DNA of 64,000 nucleotides from the human T2T-CHM13v2.0 reference genome, Homo sapiens: the NCBI RefSeq assembly GCF_009914755.1, contig NC_060925.1. One strand, written 5' to 3'. The position numbers and the translations under genes were made by a program. Below the pieces are notes generated by a model, which worked only from the letters and a program-made list of their open reading frames with translations, ran no database searches and was not told the DNA's origin. Positions 1 through 17,379 of this stretch are shown piece by piece. Numbering within the stretch: the first letter of the stretch is position 1; every line of letters starts with the position of its first letter.

Positions 1-936
1 ACTGATGTTTGAATGCCATTTTTGGATGAAAAAATAACAGTGTGGTAGTAGTACCTTTTTTCTCTTGGATAATTCTCAACAGTTTATAGAAAACTGTTAC
101 ACACACCAGCTCATTTTAAAGTATTGTCTCTTTCTCACAAATCCTGAGTAATTAAAGGAATTGCTCAAGATCATCAAGATCATTCAACTAATAAGTTTCA
201 GGGTCCAGACTTTAACTTCACATCTTTTGATTTCTAAGTTCACTGTTCTCTTAAAGAGAAAAAAGTATTTTTTTCATACTCAAAATAGCTATTCAATATA
301 TGCTACATTTCTTTTTTGAACATTTATAAAGTACGTAGTATTTACAAGGTGCTCTTTAAATGTTAGTCCCGCCATTCCCAGCCTTTCTCTCATGCTTCCT
401 AGTTTATTTTGTATAGAAGCTGGCACTTTGTTCAGTTTTAACAGTTCTAGACACCAAGATGACCAACACTTTTGAGTCAGCATCTCGTAAGCATTTAGGA
501 AATGCATCACACAAGTAGTTGTGGTTTTTGTTATCCTTAAAATCACTTGACAGAGACCATAAACATTGAGCTCTGGTGCATGAAAAATGGGTTAGAGGCC
601 AAGCTTAGCTTGTCTGCAGGGTATCTGTTTCATCTTCATGATAGAGCCCAAGTGTGCCAGTGATGTTTCATGGAAATACTTAATATGAAGAATGGCTTTG
701 TTTTTGTTGGGAATCTTTTAAAGAATGCTCATCAAAGTGCGGATTTTTTTTATTTTCAAATATTTTCTTCCTAACTTACCAGTGCTGAACTGAAGTTACT
801 ACTTGCAGAATAGCCTTTCACAGAAAGACAGTATGATACAATCCAATGTGACTTTTGAGGTTAAAATGTGCTACTTACAGCACTTTTTTGCTTAAAAATT
901 TGGTTACTACCATAAAGCTGAAAGTATGCTTTCTTC

Positions 937-1180
937 ATGGTGCAATCTTGCCTCACAGCAGCACTGACCTCCTGGGCTCAAGCAATCCTCCCTTCTCAGC
1001 CTCCTGAGTAGCTGGGACTACAGGTGCATGCCACCACCCCAGCTAATTTTTTTATTTTTTATAGAGATAGGGGCTCACTATCACGCCCAGGCCAGTCTTG
1101 AACTCCTGGGCTCAAGCGATCCTCCCAGCTGGGCCTCCCAAAGTACTGACATTTGCAGGCGTGAGTTACCGCACCCACCT
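937..1180 (-). mobile_element. Alu (old, AluJ-like), partial
   Basis: Antisense Alu motifs cctcctgggctcaagcaatcctc, tagctgggactacagg and gcctcccaaagt. Confidence 0.85.
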
Positions 1181-2886
1181 GAGACTGTCCCTTTGTAAGT
1201 TGTGGTGTTAATTCTGCAGTTATGTCTAGAATAGAATTCTCTAGACTGATGGGAAAGTTTTTGTATTTCAGTATTCTTATTTGCTTTACAAGCTCCCCTT
1301 CTCCTTCCAAAAATTATTAAAAGAGAAAAAAGGTGAGCAAAACAAAGAAACAGACAATTTGGAGCTTTTCCACATTTTTTCTGTTTCTTAACTTTACCCC
1401 TTTCACACTCCTTTTTTTCTATTACCTTTTTTAAAAATTTCCCTTGCCTCTGTACCCCTATTATCTTGATTACTCCGCTTGGTACCTCCCACTCTCCCTC
1501 CTTCTGAGAACTTTACAGTCTCATTAGTTGTCCTCTTGACTGATACATGTACACATACCGCAGTTCACTGGTCATCAGAGTACTGTAGCCAAGGTTCTCA
1601 ACTGCTGTTCCAGTTCTCAAGTGTGAAGTGCCAAGGGCAATTTGTTACTAATTATGAGAACCCCAGTTTGTACATGCTTTGCTTTTTTAAAAAACAGATA
1701 TGAGCTTAGCCCTCAAATAATGTCACTGTCACTCACTTGCATACAGAAATGCTTTCTTGAGTGGGAGAGAAAGAATGACACTGCAGCTGGTGGACTGTCT
1801 GAGGACCCAAGCTTATCTACACCACAGCCTGCGGGAGTGTGTGGTGGGACGCGCAAATGTCATCTTTCCTTGGGCCTTTTCCCAGCAGAAAAAAACGCTA
1901 AAAACCTAATCAAAGAACAGAAAAATGTTCCCACTGAAGATTATTGCTGCTTATTTGGGTTTGTTTTTATTAAAAAGTGAATGCTGGAAAAAGATAGTTT
2001 CTCTCTCCGAGGTTAGATTTGTTTATTTTTACTAGACAAGACTAGTAAAAATAAAAATTTGTTTATTTTTACTAACACAAGACTGAAGTTAGGGTGAAGG
2101 TCATCCGTAGGTTTTATTAGGTCGATATTAAAAGTAGCAAATCCAAAGGGTTTTACAAATGGAGGAAGACTGCTTTTCATCTATGAAAGTATGTAGTGGA
2201 CTCCCTGGCTAGCCTCCTTTCACAGGTGTTTCTGGTAAGAGATTGCAAAAGCAGAATTAAAGAAGGCAGCACTGTAAATCAAACAGGTTTCATGTTTTAC
2301 CTGTAGTGTGGTTTGGGTGTTTCCATCATCTGTTTGTCACGTCCATTTGTATAGAAACTTCAGAGGGATCTAATGTTTTCCTAGGAGGTTTCTTTGAGGT
2401 AACCTCAATTTTTCTTTTCCAACTGATGTTGACAGTCTCTACTTACTGTCTCAAATTTTTTTAACATAAAATGAAATCTTTACTCAAGCAGAAAGACTGT
2501 GATGAATCTATAGTTGTTTCTCTCCAGGGAGTAAATTAGTCATAGATCCATGAATTTCTATTTAGTTAAAAGAAAAAGTTAGTGGCAGAGAGAGGGTTTA
2601 CATTTGTTACAACCCAAATGTCTGTAACAAAATACATTTCTTTGCTCAGTACATGTTCCAGAATTATGGCTGTGAGGATAATTTTAGTTCCAAAGATAGC
2701 AAAATCTCCTAATTTCTCTTGGAAATTCAAGATGTATTTTTAAGAATGCATAAGTGAAAAAATGGGATTGAAAAATTAAGATTTTTGTATACAAGTGATT
2801 TGCTTCCTTGTCCACTGCCTTACTCTCTGGAAAAACACATTTGCTTTCATAGCTCATTAATAGTTTCATCACTGGTGTTCAGATAG

Positions 2887-3189
<303 letters not shown>

Positions 3190-3369
3190 AGCATATTCTT
3201 TTTTTTTTTTTTTTTTTTCAAAGAGGGCTGACAAATATTGTTTTATTTGTTAAGGACTTAGTTGTCTTGTCTTGGAAAGGCTTAATTACAAATATTTTTT
3301 GTCTAACTCCCATAACTTTACATGTACTTCTTAGATTACTTGTCACTATATTTTTATGACATCATTGTC

Positions 3370-4966
<1,597 letters not shown>

Positions 4967-4983
4967 CTAGAATCAATATATAA

Positions 4984-5270
4984 GCTGGGCACAGGGGCTC
5001 ACGCCTGTAATCCCAGCACTTTGGGAGCCTGGGCGAGAGTGTCACTTGAACCCAGGAGTTTAAGACCAGCATAGGCAGCACAGGGAGACCCCACATCTAC
5101 AAATAAAAAATCTAAAAAATTAACTGGGTGTCATGGCGCATGCCTGTGGTCCCAACTACTCAGGAGGCTGAGGTGGGAGGATTACTTGAGCCCAGGAAAT
5201 TGAGACTGCAGTGAGCTGGCCCACTGCACTCCAGCCTGGGTGACAGAGCAAGACCTTGTCTCAAAAAAAA
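4984..5270 (+). mobile_element. AluJ-like
   Basis: Both Alu monomers, middle A-rich linker and A tail; diverged. Confidence 0.88.
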
Positions 5271-5299
5271 AATTTAAATTTAAAAATTTTTAAATAAAA

Positions 5300-5410
5300 T
5301 TAATTTATAGTTGTAGTGATGGTTGCATAACTCATGAAAGTACTGAAAACATGGAATTGTACACTTAATTGGGTGAATTATATGGTATATGAATTATATC
5401 TCAATAAAAC
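5300..5410 (+). mobile_element. Old L1M 3'-end fragment
   Basis: gtgatggttgcataac...gaattgtacactt...gtatatgaattatatctcaataaa resembles the L1MC/MD/ME 3' terminus. Confidence 0.6.
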
Positions 5411-6264
5411 TCATTGAAAAATCAATGTGTAATTGTATTTGAAAATACAGCTTTTGGGGGTTTTTGGTCTTTTGTAGATTCACCAGAAAAACTAAGTGTG
5501 CTTCATGGCTTCTTCAGATGTGAACGTGTTCACTGAAAGCCCAGTCTGTGTAAAGCTGCTAAGCCCTCACCAGCTCACTGGAGTGGCCCTGCACTCCGTC
5601 CCTCTATGCATACTTGGATAGCCCTGGCCAGCTGAGCGCTGCAGGTCAGGAGGCTGCTGTCTCCTACAGCCACACACTTCTGCTCCCAGCATTTGACAAG
5701 TGTGCTTACCAAACCCACGCATGCCAGTTGGCTTGTTTTGGTAATTATGTTATCTGATTAATGTTTTTAGTTCACTTATATATAGATGCTAAAAGAAAAA
5801 GTTGTTTTCACGAAAAGAAAATTGTAGCCTTAGGAAAAAAAGGTTAATTGCTACAAAAAAATTTTACTGCTGAATTAGGCATGGAAGAGAAAATTGTAAA
5901 AGATCTGGGGAAAAAAATCATCAAAATTTAGATGTGTATTGTAGTCGGTATATCCAGGATACTCAAAAGTATCCAAAGTCCTCAAAAACTCAGTCATAGA
6001 CAATGCAGCAGGTCTATGGTTTATGTAAGAACAGATTAACATTTATGTTTAAGTTACTATTAGATATTTAAGGAATGTATGTAGAACTTCAAAAAATGTT
6101 TCTCTTTAATTAACCTTTCTGATTAACCAACAAACTAATGGTTCCTGCAGCATTGAACAGAGAGCCTATACTGTAGGATACAGAGGCACAGAGAGAAACT
6201 TACAAAGTTTAGTAAAATGTTGAAAGAGTTTAGGATTGACAAATAGGAATGGGCTGATGTAACA

Positions 6265-6266
<2 letters not shown>

Positions 6267-6298
<32 letters not shown>
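6267..6298. repeat. (GT)n microsatellite
   Basis: About 16 perfect GT units. Confidence 0.95.
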
Positions 6299-6301
<3 letters not shown>

Positions 6302-6569
6302 AGAGAGAAACAAAATAAAAATTACCTATATTAATATTTATGTCCCTAGCTTCTTGCTTTTTTAATTCATTGTCTACTGATTTCAAAGCTGTTGAGTATG
6401 AGAAAAGTAATCAAAGATCCCCATTCATTAATCCAACACGCACTGATCTGACATCCACAAAGGACCATACATTATACTAGTTATGGAGATATGAATACAA
6501 ATAAGATATGGTTCCTTTTTATGTATCTAATGTCTTTTTTTTAGATTTTTAAAAAATGAATTATCTTTA

Positions 6570-6977
<408 letters not shown>

Positions 6978-7743
6978 TCAGACTTTAAGTTCCACATCTG
7001 CCAAAAGAAAAGACAATTATTTTCTGTATAAGAGGTTAATACTTTTTGCCCTATGGGCTTTTCTTCCTTGGTTTTACAGACAAATACTCACAGGACAGAG
7101 AACAGCAAATTAGGTATCAAGAGACTTGAGTTCTCACTACAGCTCCACTATTAAGATGCTGAGAGACCAAAGGCAAACTGAGGTCCATCTCTAAAAATGA
7201 GGCTGCAGTGGAATTGGAATATATATTCCCTAAAATTCTTTCTGGTGCTTGCAACTTCTGAGATTGTTCCATCTCCTTGGTTTTAATATTTTAATGGGCT
7301 TAGAATCCATAACGAGGGCATGTAAATAAAGCTTGAAATTTAGAACACATGCATCTCTTGTATCAACAGTTTAATACAAAATGCATTCCAGAATGTTAGC
7401 TCTGTGTAGTTGGGAACCCTGTTTGTCTTGTTCATGGGTATACTAGGAATTAGATAAATGTTTCTTTTTAAGAGTGGGTACATGTATCTGAGGGAGAAAT
7501 GTAAATGGAGAGAGAAAATAGGAAAGAGAACTTTAGATCTTCAAGAAATTCCAAGGTAGGGTTCCAACTATTGGAAGAGTAATAGCTTGAAGTAGGAAGT
7601 TTGGAGGACAGGTTTTTACATTTTGTTTTGTTTCTCCAAGTATGGTACAGTCTGGTGAAAGATTTCATTTTAAGAAAGAGTATGTAGCTAGGCAATTCAA
7701 TTATTCAGTCAGCAAATATTTATATATCCTCAATAAATTAGTG

Positions 7744-8211
7744 TAGTGGTTCCTAAACTTTGGGTCATGCAACCCCTTTACAGTTTCAAAAATTATTGAG
7801 AACCTTCAAAGAGCTTTTGTTTATGTGTTTAGCTGATATGTACCATATTGGAATCGAAACTGACAAATATTAAATTATGAAACTCATTAAAAATAATAAG
7901 CCCATTACATGTTAACATAAATAACACATTTTGTGAATAATAATTACATTTTTCAAAACAAAAAAGTTTAGCAAGATAAGTATCATTGTTTTACATTTTT
8001 GCAAATCTCTTTGACATGTGGCTTACTAAAAGCCGTATTCTCATATTTGTTCTGCAATCTATGGCAATATGCCATTTGGTTGAAATATATGAAGTATATG
8101 AAGAAAATCTGGCCTTACACACATCTGTAGTTGGAAAAGGGAGGTCTCACAAACCCCATGAAAGGGTCTCAGGAACTCCCAGCTGTCTTTAGACCACACT
8201 GTGATAACCAG
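7744..8211. mobile_element. hAT-Charlie-type DNA transposon fossil
   Basis: The ends tagtggttcctaaac... and ...ccacactgtgataaccagtg resemble Charlie terminal inverted repeats. Subfamily uncertain. Confidence 0.55.
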
Positions 8212-8936
8212 TGTACTTTTGTTTGTTCAACAAATATTTATTAAATGCTTTCCAGTAAATAGGAAAAAAATAATCTGATAGGAATACAAAGTTTGGAGAT
8301 TGAGACTTAGTTTGGAGTTTCTTTAGCAAACTTATCCTATATCTGGGAGGCAAGGTACAAAGGATGAGTGGGAATAATAAAACAGTATGGGAAAGAGCTG
8401 ATTGGAAATACAAGCCCGTATCTGTTGAAGTAGATTGTGAAGTTAGATATTAAGAAACTGAAAAATGGAGAAGCAGCTGGTATCTTGAAGAGGGAATAGA
8501 ATACCTAAAAGAAGGTATTAATATCCAATTTTTTTAAGTGTTGGGATCTTTGCTACGTAAGGAAGCAGCTTAGATTGGAGACTGAGGGATGTGGATTCCT
8601 GTTAGGGGAGAGAAGACTGAATCTGGTAGCTGTAGATCTCAGAGAAGAATGTTGTACAGTGTGAGTATGATTCCATCAGGAGAGGGTGATACGGAGTCTG
8701 GGAAGGTTCTGCCTCCTGACTAGCCACTTGAGCTGTCTCTACTAGTATGTAAAGTAGCCAACATTCATTGTTTAAAATCTCTCAAATAGATTGCCTTTTT
8801 TTTTTTAACACTTCCAAGATTCTTTGTAAGAGATAACAAGTAAAATGTTCAACACATATGTAAAGCCTTTGTTTATGTTATGATGTTTATGATGCTTTGT
8901 TTTTGATCATTTTTCCTTTGCTTTTTTTTTTTTCAG

Positions 8937-8966
8937 ACCATCCAGACCTTTCAAGTTGCCAAAAAG
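8937..8966 (+). CDS. DISP1: DISP1 internal coding microexon (30 nt), (R)PSRPFKLPK(S)
   Basis: A long poly-T tract and cag precede 8937, and gtaaag follows 8966. The peptide matches DISP1 just before TM1. The exon ends in AG, which joins the T at 16485 to give Ser. Confidence 0.92.
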
Positions 8967-9192
8967 GTAAAGTAATCTGGGTCATCTTATTAAATAATAA
9001 ACTTACCTGCATGCTTTTTCCAGTCTAGTATTTTCTCCGTATTTTGCTGTTCTTTTCACTTTCCTCATTCATATTTTTATGAAAGAAAAAGAAATGTCCC
9101 ATGAGTTGGCTGCTTGAGGAATTCCATATCTCCAAAAGTGGTTTTAATCTTAAGGTAGATTTCTAACCCTATTAAATTCTATTTGTGTCTAG

Positions 9193-9515
<323 letters not shown>

Positions 9516-9955
9516 TTATTTTGCATTCCTTCCTGCAACGGATTGGCTTACTTAGTGAGGAAAGAGATACTGTTCTGCCAACTACCATGACTCGAATTCA
9601 TGGCAGTTTATTTCAGAGGGGTTGTCTTTCTTTTTAAAAATCTTGTTACCAATGGAAGTATTCTTTTATGTGGAAATGTCTAAGGCTTATCTTTCAATAG
9701 AGAAAATTTTAACTTGATAAGAGTTCCTAAAAAAAGCGTTTTCTCATCAGATGTCCTTACACATTGTAATTCCAGATACAATGTCATTACACTTAAGAAA
9801 TTCTAAGTGATCTTTGAAATTCAGTTGCCAAAGAAGCTCAAATGCTGATAACACTGAAGCCTGCCTCAAGGGAGTTATCCTGTCTTTGAAGTGAAATTAC
9901 TACATAAATATTAATTAGTAAACTCTCCTTCTATTTAAAAAAAAATATATTTTTA

Positions 9956-10280
<325 letters not shown>

Positions 10281-10319
<39 letters not shown>

Positions 10320-10508
10320 CGTACTCATATATGTTATATATAACATAGGTTTATATGTTATATATAACATAGGTTTATATGTTATATATAACAGGTTTAT
10401 ATGATAGATATAACATGTTGACATACTTTAAATGTTATAACATGTTTATATGTTATATATGTTGTATATATAACATGTTTATATTTGTTGTATATATAAC
10501 ATATATGT
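10281..10508. repeat. (TA)n(GA)n plus an AT-rich minisatellite (about 24-bp unit ttatatgttatatataacataggt, degenerating)
   Basis: Read directly from the sequence. Confidence 0.85.
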
Positions 10509-11229
10509 TGCCTTTTAACTATTTTTAAGAGTACAGTTCATTGGCATTATGTACATTCACATTGTTGTCTAACCATCACCACCATCCATTTCCAAAACTT
10601 TTTTTCTGTTGTAAAACTGAAATTCTGTACCCATTATACATTAACTCCCCATTTTCTCCTACCCCCAGGCCCTAGCAACCATCATTCTGCTTTCTGTCTC
10701 TATGGGTTTGACTGCTGTAAGTACCTCGTATGAGTCGAATCCTACAGTATTTGTCCCTTTGGAACTGGCTTATTTCACTTAGTGTAATTTCTTCCAGGTT
10801 CATTCATGTAGCATGTATTAGAATCTCCTTTTTGTAAGGCTGAATAATATTCCATTGTATGTATATACTACATTTTGTTTATCCAATTCCCTTTTCATTT
10901 TTGCAAAAAAACAAGAGAGAAAGAAAAAATGAGGGAAAGAGGTATGGAAGTAAATACGGCATATTAAGAAAACAAATTTCTACTTTTCTATAAATAGGGC
11001 TTTTGCAAATGACTAAAAATTTTACTTTGAAAAGATTTCTTTCTCTGTTATTAAATTGGTGTTATTAAAACAGAGTTCTAATTTCTTTTACGTACATGTG
11101 CATATAAATATAACTTCTTCAACAAAGCCTTTCCTGATTCCCCTTTCCCACCTTGGCTGGAACTTATTGCTTCCCTTATTGAATTCACAAAACATTTCAT
11201 CTGTACCCCTCTAAAAAACACATATTTTT

Positions 11230-11671
<442 letters not shown>

Positions 11672-14386
11672 TTAATGCTAATTGTTGGATGAATTTGTTA
11701 CTTCACAAGAAAAAGAGTTGTATATTCTTTTCTTTTTTTTTAATTTTCTCAAACTTCAATCACTCTTCTCACTAAGTTGATAGTTGATGCCACTGGAAAA
11801 GTTATGACTTAACATTTTGAAATGTCTTATCTTTAAGGGACAAGAGGAATAAGAAAGAGTTATTAAGAGAAACAGAAAAGAATACACCAACGGGGAAAGG
11901 ATTTTTAGGAAGAAAGAGGTAGCTAACAGTGTTAAATTCTGCTCAGGTCAAGGAAGGTAAAAACCAAGAATAGTTAGTTGACTTGGGCAGTTCAGAAAAG
12001 TCATGAGAGCAAAAGCCAGGCTATAAGGGGTTAAAGATCCGGTGGTCGGTGAGGAAAAGGAAGCCTCTGGTGTGGGCACTGAATTATACCATCTGAAACA
12101 CGGCTTTCTGCTCAGAGGGAAGAGAAAAAAGAAGAGTGTTTTGAGAAAGGCAGCAAAGAGCAAGGGAAAAAAAAATCTTTGTAAGCTAAGAGGAAAATTT
12201 ATTATGGGGGAATGTTATTGTAATATAAATGACCCACTTAAAATTGGCCCCCATTTTAATGTCACTTGAGCATAAGCTGGCTCTATAAGATACTTCGTTT
12301 ATTTGTTTTAACAGTTATTTCTGATCTGTTTCCAGAGTAAACCCAATAATAAGGTGACTGAAAATCTCTGACTATGTTTGAGGGACTTCCACTGAGTACC
12401 AGTGAAAACTCCAGCATGGCAGTAACACCCTGGACCAGAACGCCAGGCAGCATGCCTGCTAACTCAGATCCATGGTTCATCCACGAACGCATTTCATTAC
12501 CTCTGCTACTTCTGTTCCTTCTTCTGTAAAAGGAGAATGAGCCCTTCAGATCCGTCTCCTATTAGAGACTTAACCTATTGAGAAGATGATGTGAACTTTT
12601 ATACAGCAGTGCCCTGTAAAGAGTTGTGGGCCCTAACCTCAGCAGCTAGTACAGCAGTAGGGCCTCCGGGAAAAGGGTCTTTCACTGGAAAATGACTACC
12701 TGCTGTAAGCCAGGTGTTACAGAGGTGGGCCACATTTACAGTTATATTGTGGTGTCTAAAGATTTTCAATATTAGAGAAGGTGGATGAAAGACAAATATG
12801 ATTTGATATGCAGAAGAATACATGATAGTTAAAAGAATGGTTCCTTTGAAAATTCTTCTACTCTACATGTGGTTCACTTTTCAAAGAGAATAATGCACAG
12901 GATATGGATATATATATATATATATAGCATCATCAAATATATATATATATTTGTGAGATTTATAGACTATTTTTAATTTCCTTTACTTCTCCAATTTTCC
13001 TACTTTATTAGACTTTTATCTTCATATTACAACCATTGTCTGGATTTCATATTGCGCAGGCAACTCTGTTTCCCATGTGGTACCCACAGCTATACTATAT
13101 ATTTGCATAGATAGCAGGAGGAGTAGAATTAGCCTCAGCAATTTTGTGGTGTTGAGAAGAAATACTTGTTTGAGTAAAATTTACTTAGAATGATTGGGCT
13201 TTCCCCCATGGTGTTTTATATACTCAGGATGGTGATCCCATTACTTAAATGTGAACAGTTATCTCTAGGAAAGGTTAGCGTGGGAAACATCGGCTGTGTA
13301 AGGAAGTGGAATTGTAATATAGTGAGGTTAAACGTGTTTGGAAGAAATGTGCTGAAATCACTAATGCCATAAAGTTTCCATATGTAGTCAGTGCACGTAT
13401 ATGGTGTGTAGCAGTGCTGTAAAATCAAAACCAAATGTTTTCAAAGGGAAGAAAAGCAATTATTGAATGGGGCTTTTAACGTTGCTATACGTGTGTGCAG
13501 ATTTTCAAGAACACAAAATTAAAAGTTATTATATGGGTTAATTAAACCACAGTATGAATACTAAGCAATTTGGGGCCTACTGCCCTCTATTGATAACATG
13601 TTAATAGGTAAAAATGCATAACTTCTGATTCATTTGAGAGAAAATGAATCCATTTAAAATAAAGTGTAATGAATAATTGTATAAGCCTGGGGCCATTTTC
13701 ATTTCACAGGGCTGATATTTTAATGGTCTAAAATGTAAAGGACTCTTTTTAAGTCTGAAGCAATGAAAGTAGTCTCAAATGTGCTATTGAGACAGAGGAC
13801 TTTATTGCTTCAAAACTAGTTACTTTCATCTTAGTTTGCATTTTGTGGAGGAGGAAATAAAGTAAGGAGAATATTTTTGCACAGGGTGTGTCCTAGAAGT
13901 GTGAAAGCTTCTAGACACTTGGTGTTTACATTTGAACAACCACAATCAGCTTATTGTCACTTAAATGTTTTTATTATTTTCAGAATTATTCTAAAAGGTT
14001 ATTCTGTCATTTTTCCTGAATGAGTTTTTAAATCTAAAATTTGCAGTCTAGTGAATAATGTTCAAACTTAGAACCCATATGATTTTGCATAGAGAAATTA
14101 ACTATAAGTAGGGCTAGGAATTTTTAATTGTAAGTTTTGGGAAACAGACATTTGTGGCAAGTGTAGTTATTCCTAATGTTTCTAGTTACTCTTGTGTCTG
14201 AAGAAAGAAATGACAGCCCAGAGATTAAAAGCCCTGACACTAGAACCAGACTATCTAGGTTCCTAGTTTTGTGACATTGAATAAGTTCTATAACTTGTCA
14301 ATGCTGCAGTTTCATCTCCAAGGGTTGTTGTGAGAATTGAACAATATAATAATTTATGTAAAGCACAAGAGCAACTGGTATTCTGA

Positions 14387-14813
<427 letters not shown>

Positions 14814-15540
14814 TTTTAAGATTACTTTAAAAGAGCAGCAGTGAAAAGTGCCTGTGCACATGCTCCCTTAAAGCATAATTGCTCTATATTTTAATATCCT
14901 TACTAGAATTATAATTTGAAGCAAATATCTCCACAAAGCCAGATCAATAAAGTTAAGACATCAGATTATAAAAATTGGCAGTCTATTATTAGAGACATAT
15001 AGTAGCTTTTTTTCAGACTGACATTTAGAGCCACCAGAATTATTTGTAACTACTAGCATGATTTTGAAGAAATAACTCAAAAATATATGAGTAAGAATCC
15101 TATTTCAAATGAGCCAGAAATAGCCATTGCAGCAGCCAAATGAGCTAACATTACTGAGAATTTGAGAGTAGCGGTCCACAAGTTAAATATTTTGTCTTGC
15201 TTTTCTTCTAATAAAGATTCAAGAAGCCAGAAGTTTGCAGGATGCATTTTGAATTTTAGAAAACATTCAGTTTAGTCAGCTTCTGTTGGGTACTCAGCTC
15301 ATATCAAGACTTGGAAGTGCCAAAATAATAACGTGTGATCCAGGACCTCATGGAAGGGATACAGAAACAGATCTTTCAATTTGAGGTAACAAATGAGGGT
15401 GTGGGAAGCGCATCTGGAAGAAAGGGCCCAGTGTTAGGATTTGGTAATAGAGACAGTTCTCCACATGTGGGAAGAGACTAAAACCAGATTGTAGTAGCTG
15501 GAGAGTACAAGCATCAGATGTTTGTTCATTTAGTCAATAG

Positions 15541-15962
<422 letters not shown>

Positions 15963-16484
15963 TTAGTTTGGTTATTTTTAAGATCTGAACTGTATGAACC
16001 TGTTTATAGACTCTCACTGTTTAAGAACTCTGAGAGTAAAGGTGTGGAGAAAGGGAATAACTAGAGAAACAAAAGTTCTGAAAGACACTGATTGGAGTAT
16101 GGATCCTCTGTTAAAATTTATTTTCTTTCCACTGATGAAGTGTGTATTTTATATCTCTTTACAGGCATAGATGTAGATATAAAATGTTACTTGTCATATA
16201 TGAACATTATTCTGACTCTCAATAGCCTGTGGCATAAAGTGCTACTTGATCACAAAAATGAGGGGACAATGATCTTGTAACTTTCTACTACAATTACATA
16301 CAAATATTTATAATCCCATTAGATATTGTATTGATAAACACCTGTATGTAGTCTACAATATGAGGATTTAATAAATTGCTGTCTTAGGTACCAAAAATAT
16401 TTCTGCGAAGGGCCTTCTTTGTGCCTTCTTTGTGTTTCTGTAGTTATGCAGCTCTGATAGCCGACACTTCTTTGTGTTTTGTAG

Positions 16485-16608
16485 TTATGCAGCCCTGATA
16501 GCCGACTGGCCGGTGGTGGTCTTGGGCATGTGCACCATGTTCATCGTAGTCTGTGCCTTGGTTGGAGTATTAGTGCCAGAGCTCCCTGACTTCTCTGATC
16601 CATTGCTG
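16485..16608 (+). CDS. DISP1: DISP1 coding exon encoding TM1 ([41 protein letters not shown])
   Basis: Acceptor ttttgtag and donor gtaact. The exon is 124 nt (1 nt + 41 codons) and lies inside ORF 16474..16707. Confidence 0.95.
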
Positions 16609-17379
16609 GTAACTAACTTTTATGTTTTCTTTAGCCTAAAATCATCTCCAAATATTGTGTATTTTAATACATGTTGCATTATGTTATTTAGTAACCCATT
16701 TCTTTAAAAACCTTCTCAAGCAACAATTCTCTTTCTGAAAAGTAAAGACATGACTTTATCTGTATTATCAGGTTCTTAAAAGGTCAAGGAACTTGTTTAC
16801 CCTCAAAAATCTGGAAGGTTTGCTTCTTGGTCCCCATGTTTAAGCTAAAAAGCAATAAATTGGAGAATCTGCCTTCTACAAAATTATTCTCATAAAGTCT
16901 TTAACACTGTCTCTGTTTTCTCCCAAAGAAGTTAAAGGAATTTCAGTATTACTAACAGATCACAGAGTCTGTTTTTAAGTAAATGTTTCTCTGGAGTGGA
17001 ATAATGAGGAAAATATGATCAAGGATAATGAAACACTCTTTGTAAAAATACAGTGCGTAACATGATTTAATTTGATCATAATTTTTATAAGATAAAAGTA
17101 AGTATTTACTAAATGCTTAGGCATGAGTTGGAAAGATAAACTTTCTTTAGACATGTAACATACCAAAGAATCAAACTGTTTTGTCACAGCAAATAGGTGA
17201 TGATTATCATGTCAAGGCATCTTGTTTTAATGCAGTCACCTCTGGAGTAGCTGTGAGGAACAGCTATATTTTCTGTTGAAAGCTATATATCACTTTGACA
17301 TTGCTTTCCCAAGCTTTTATTGTAACTGTACTTAGCCTGAAATGAAATATACTAATGAGCACCTGTAATTTTGCCTTAG

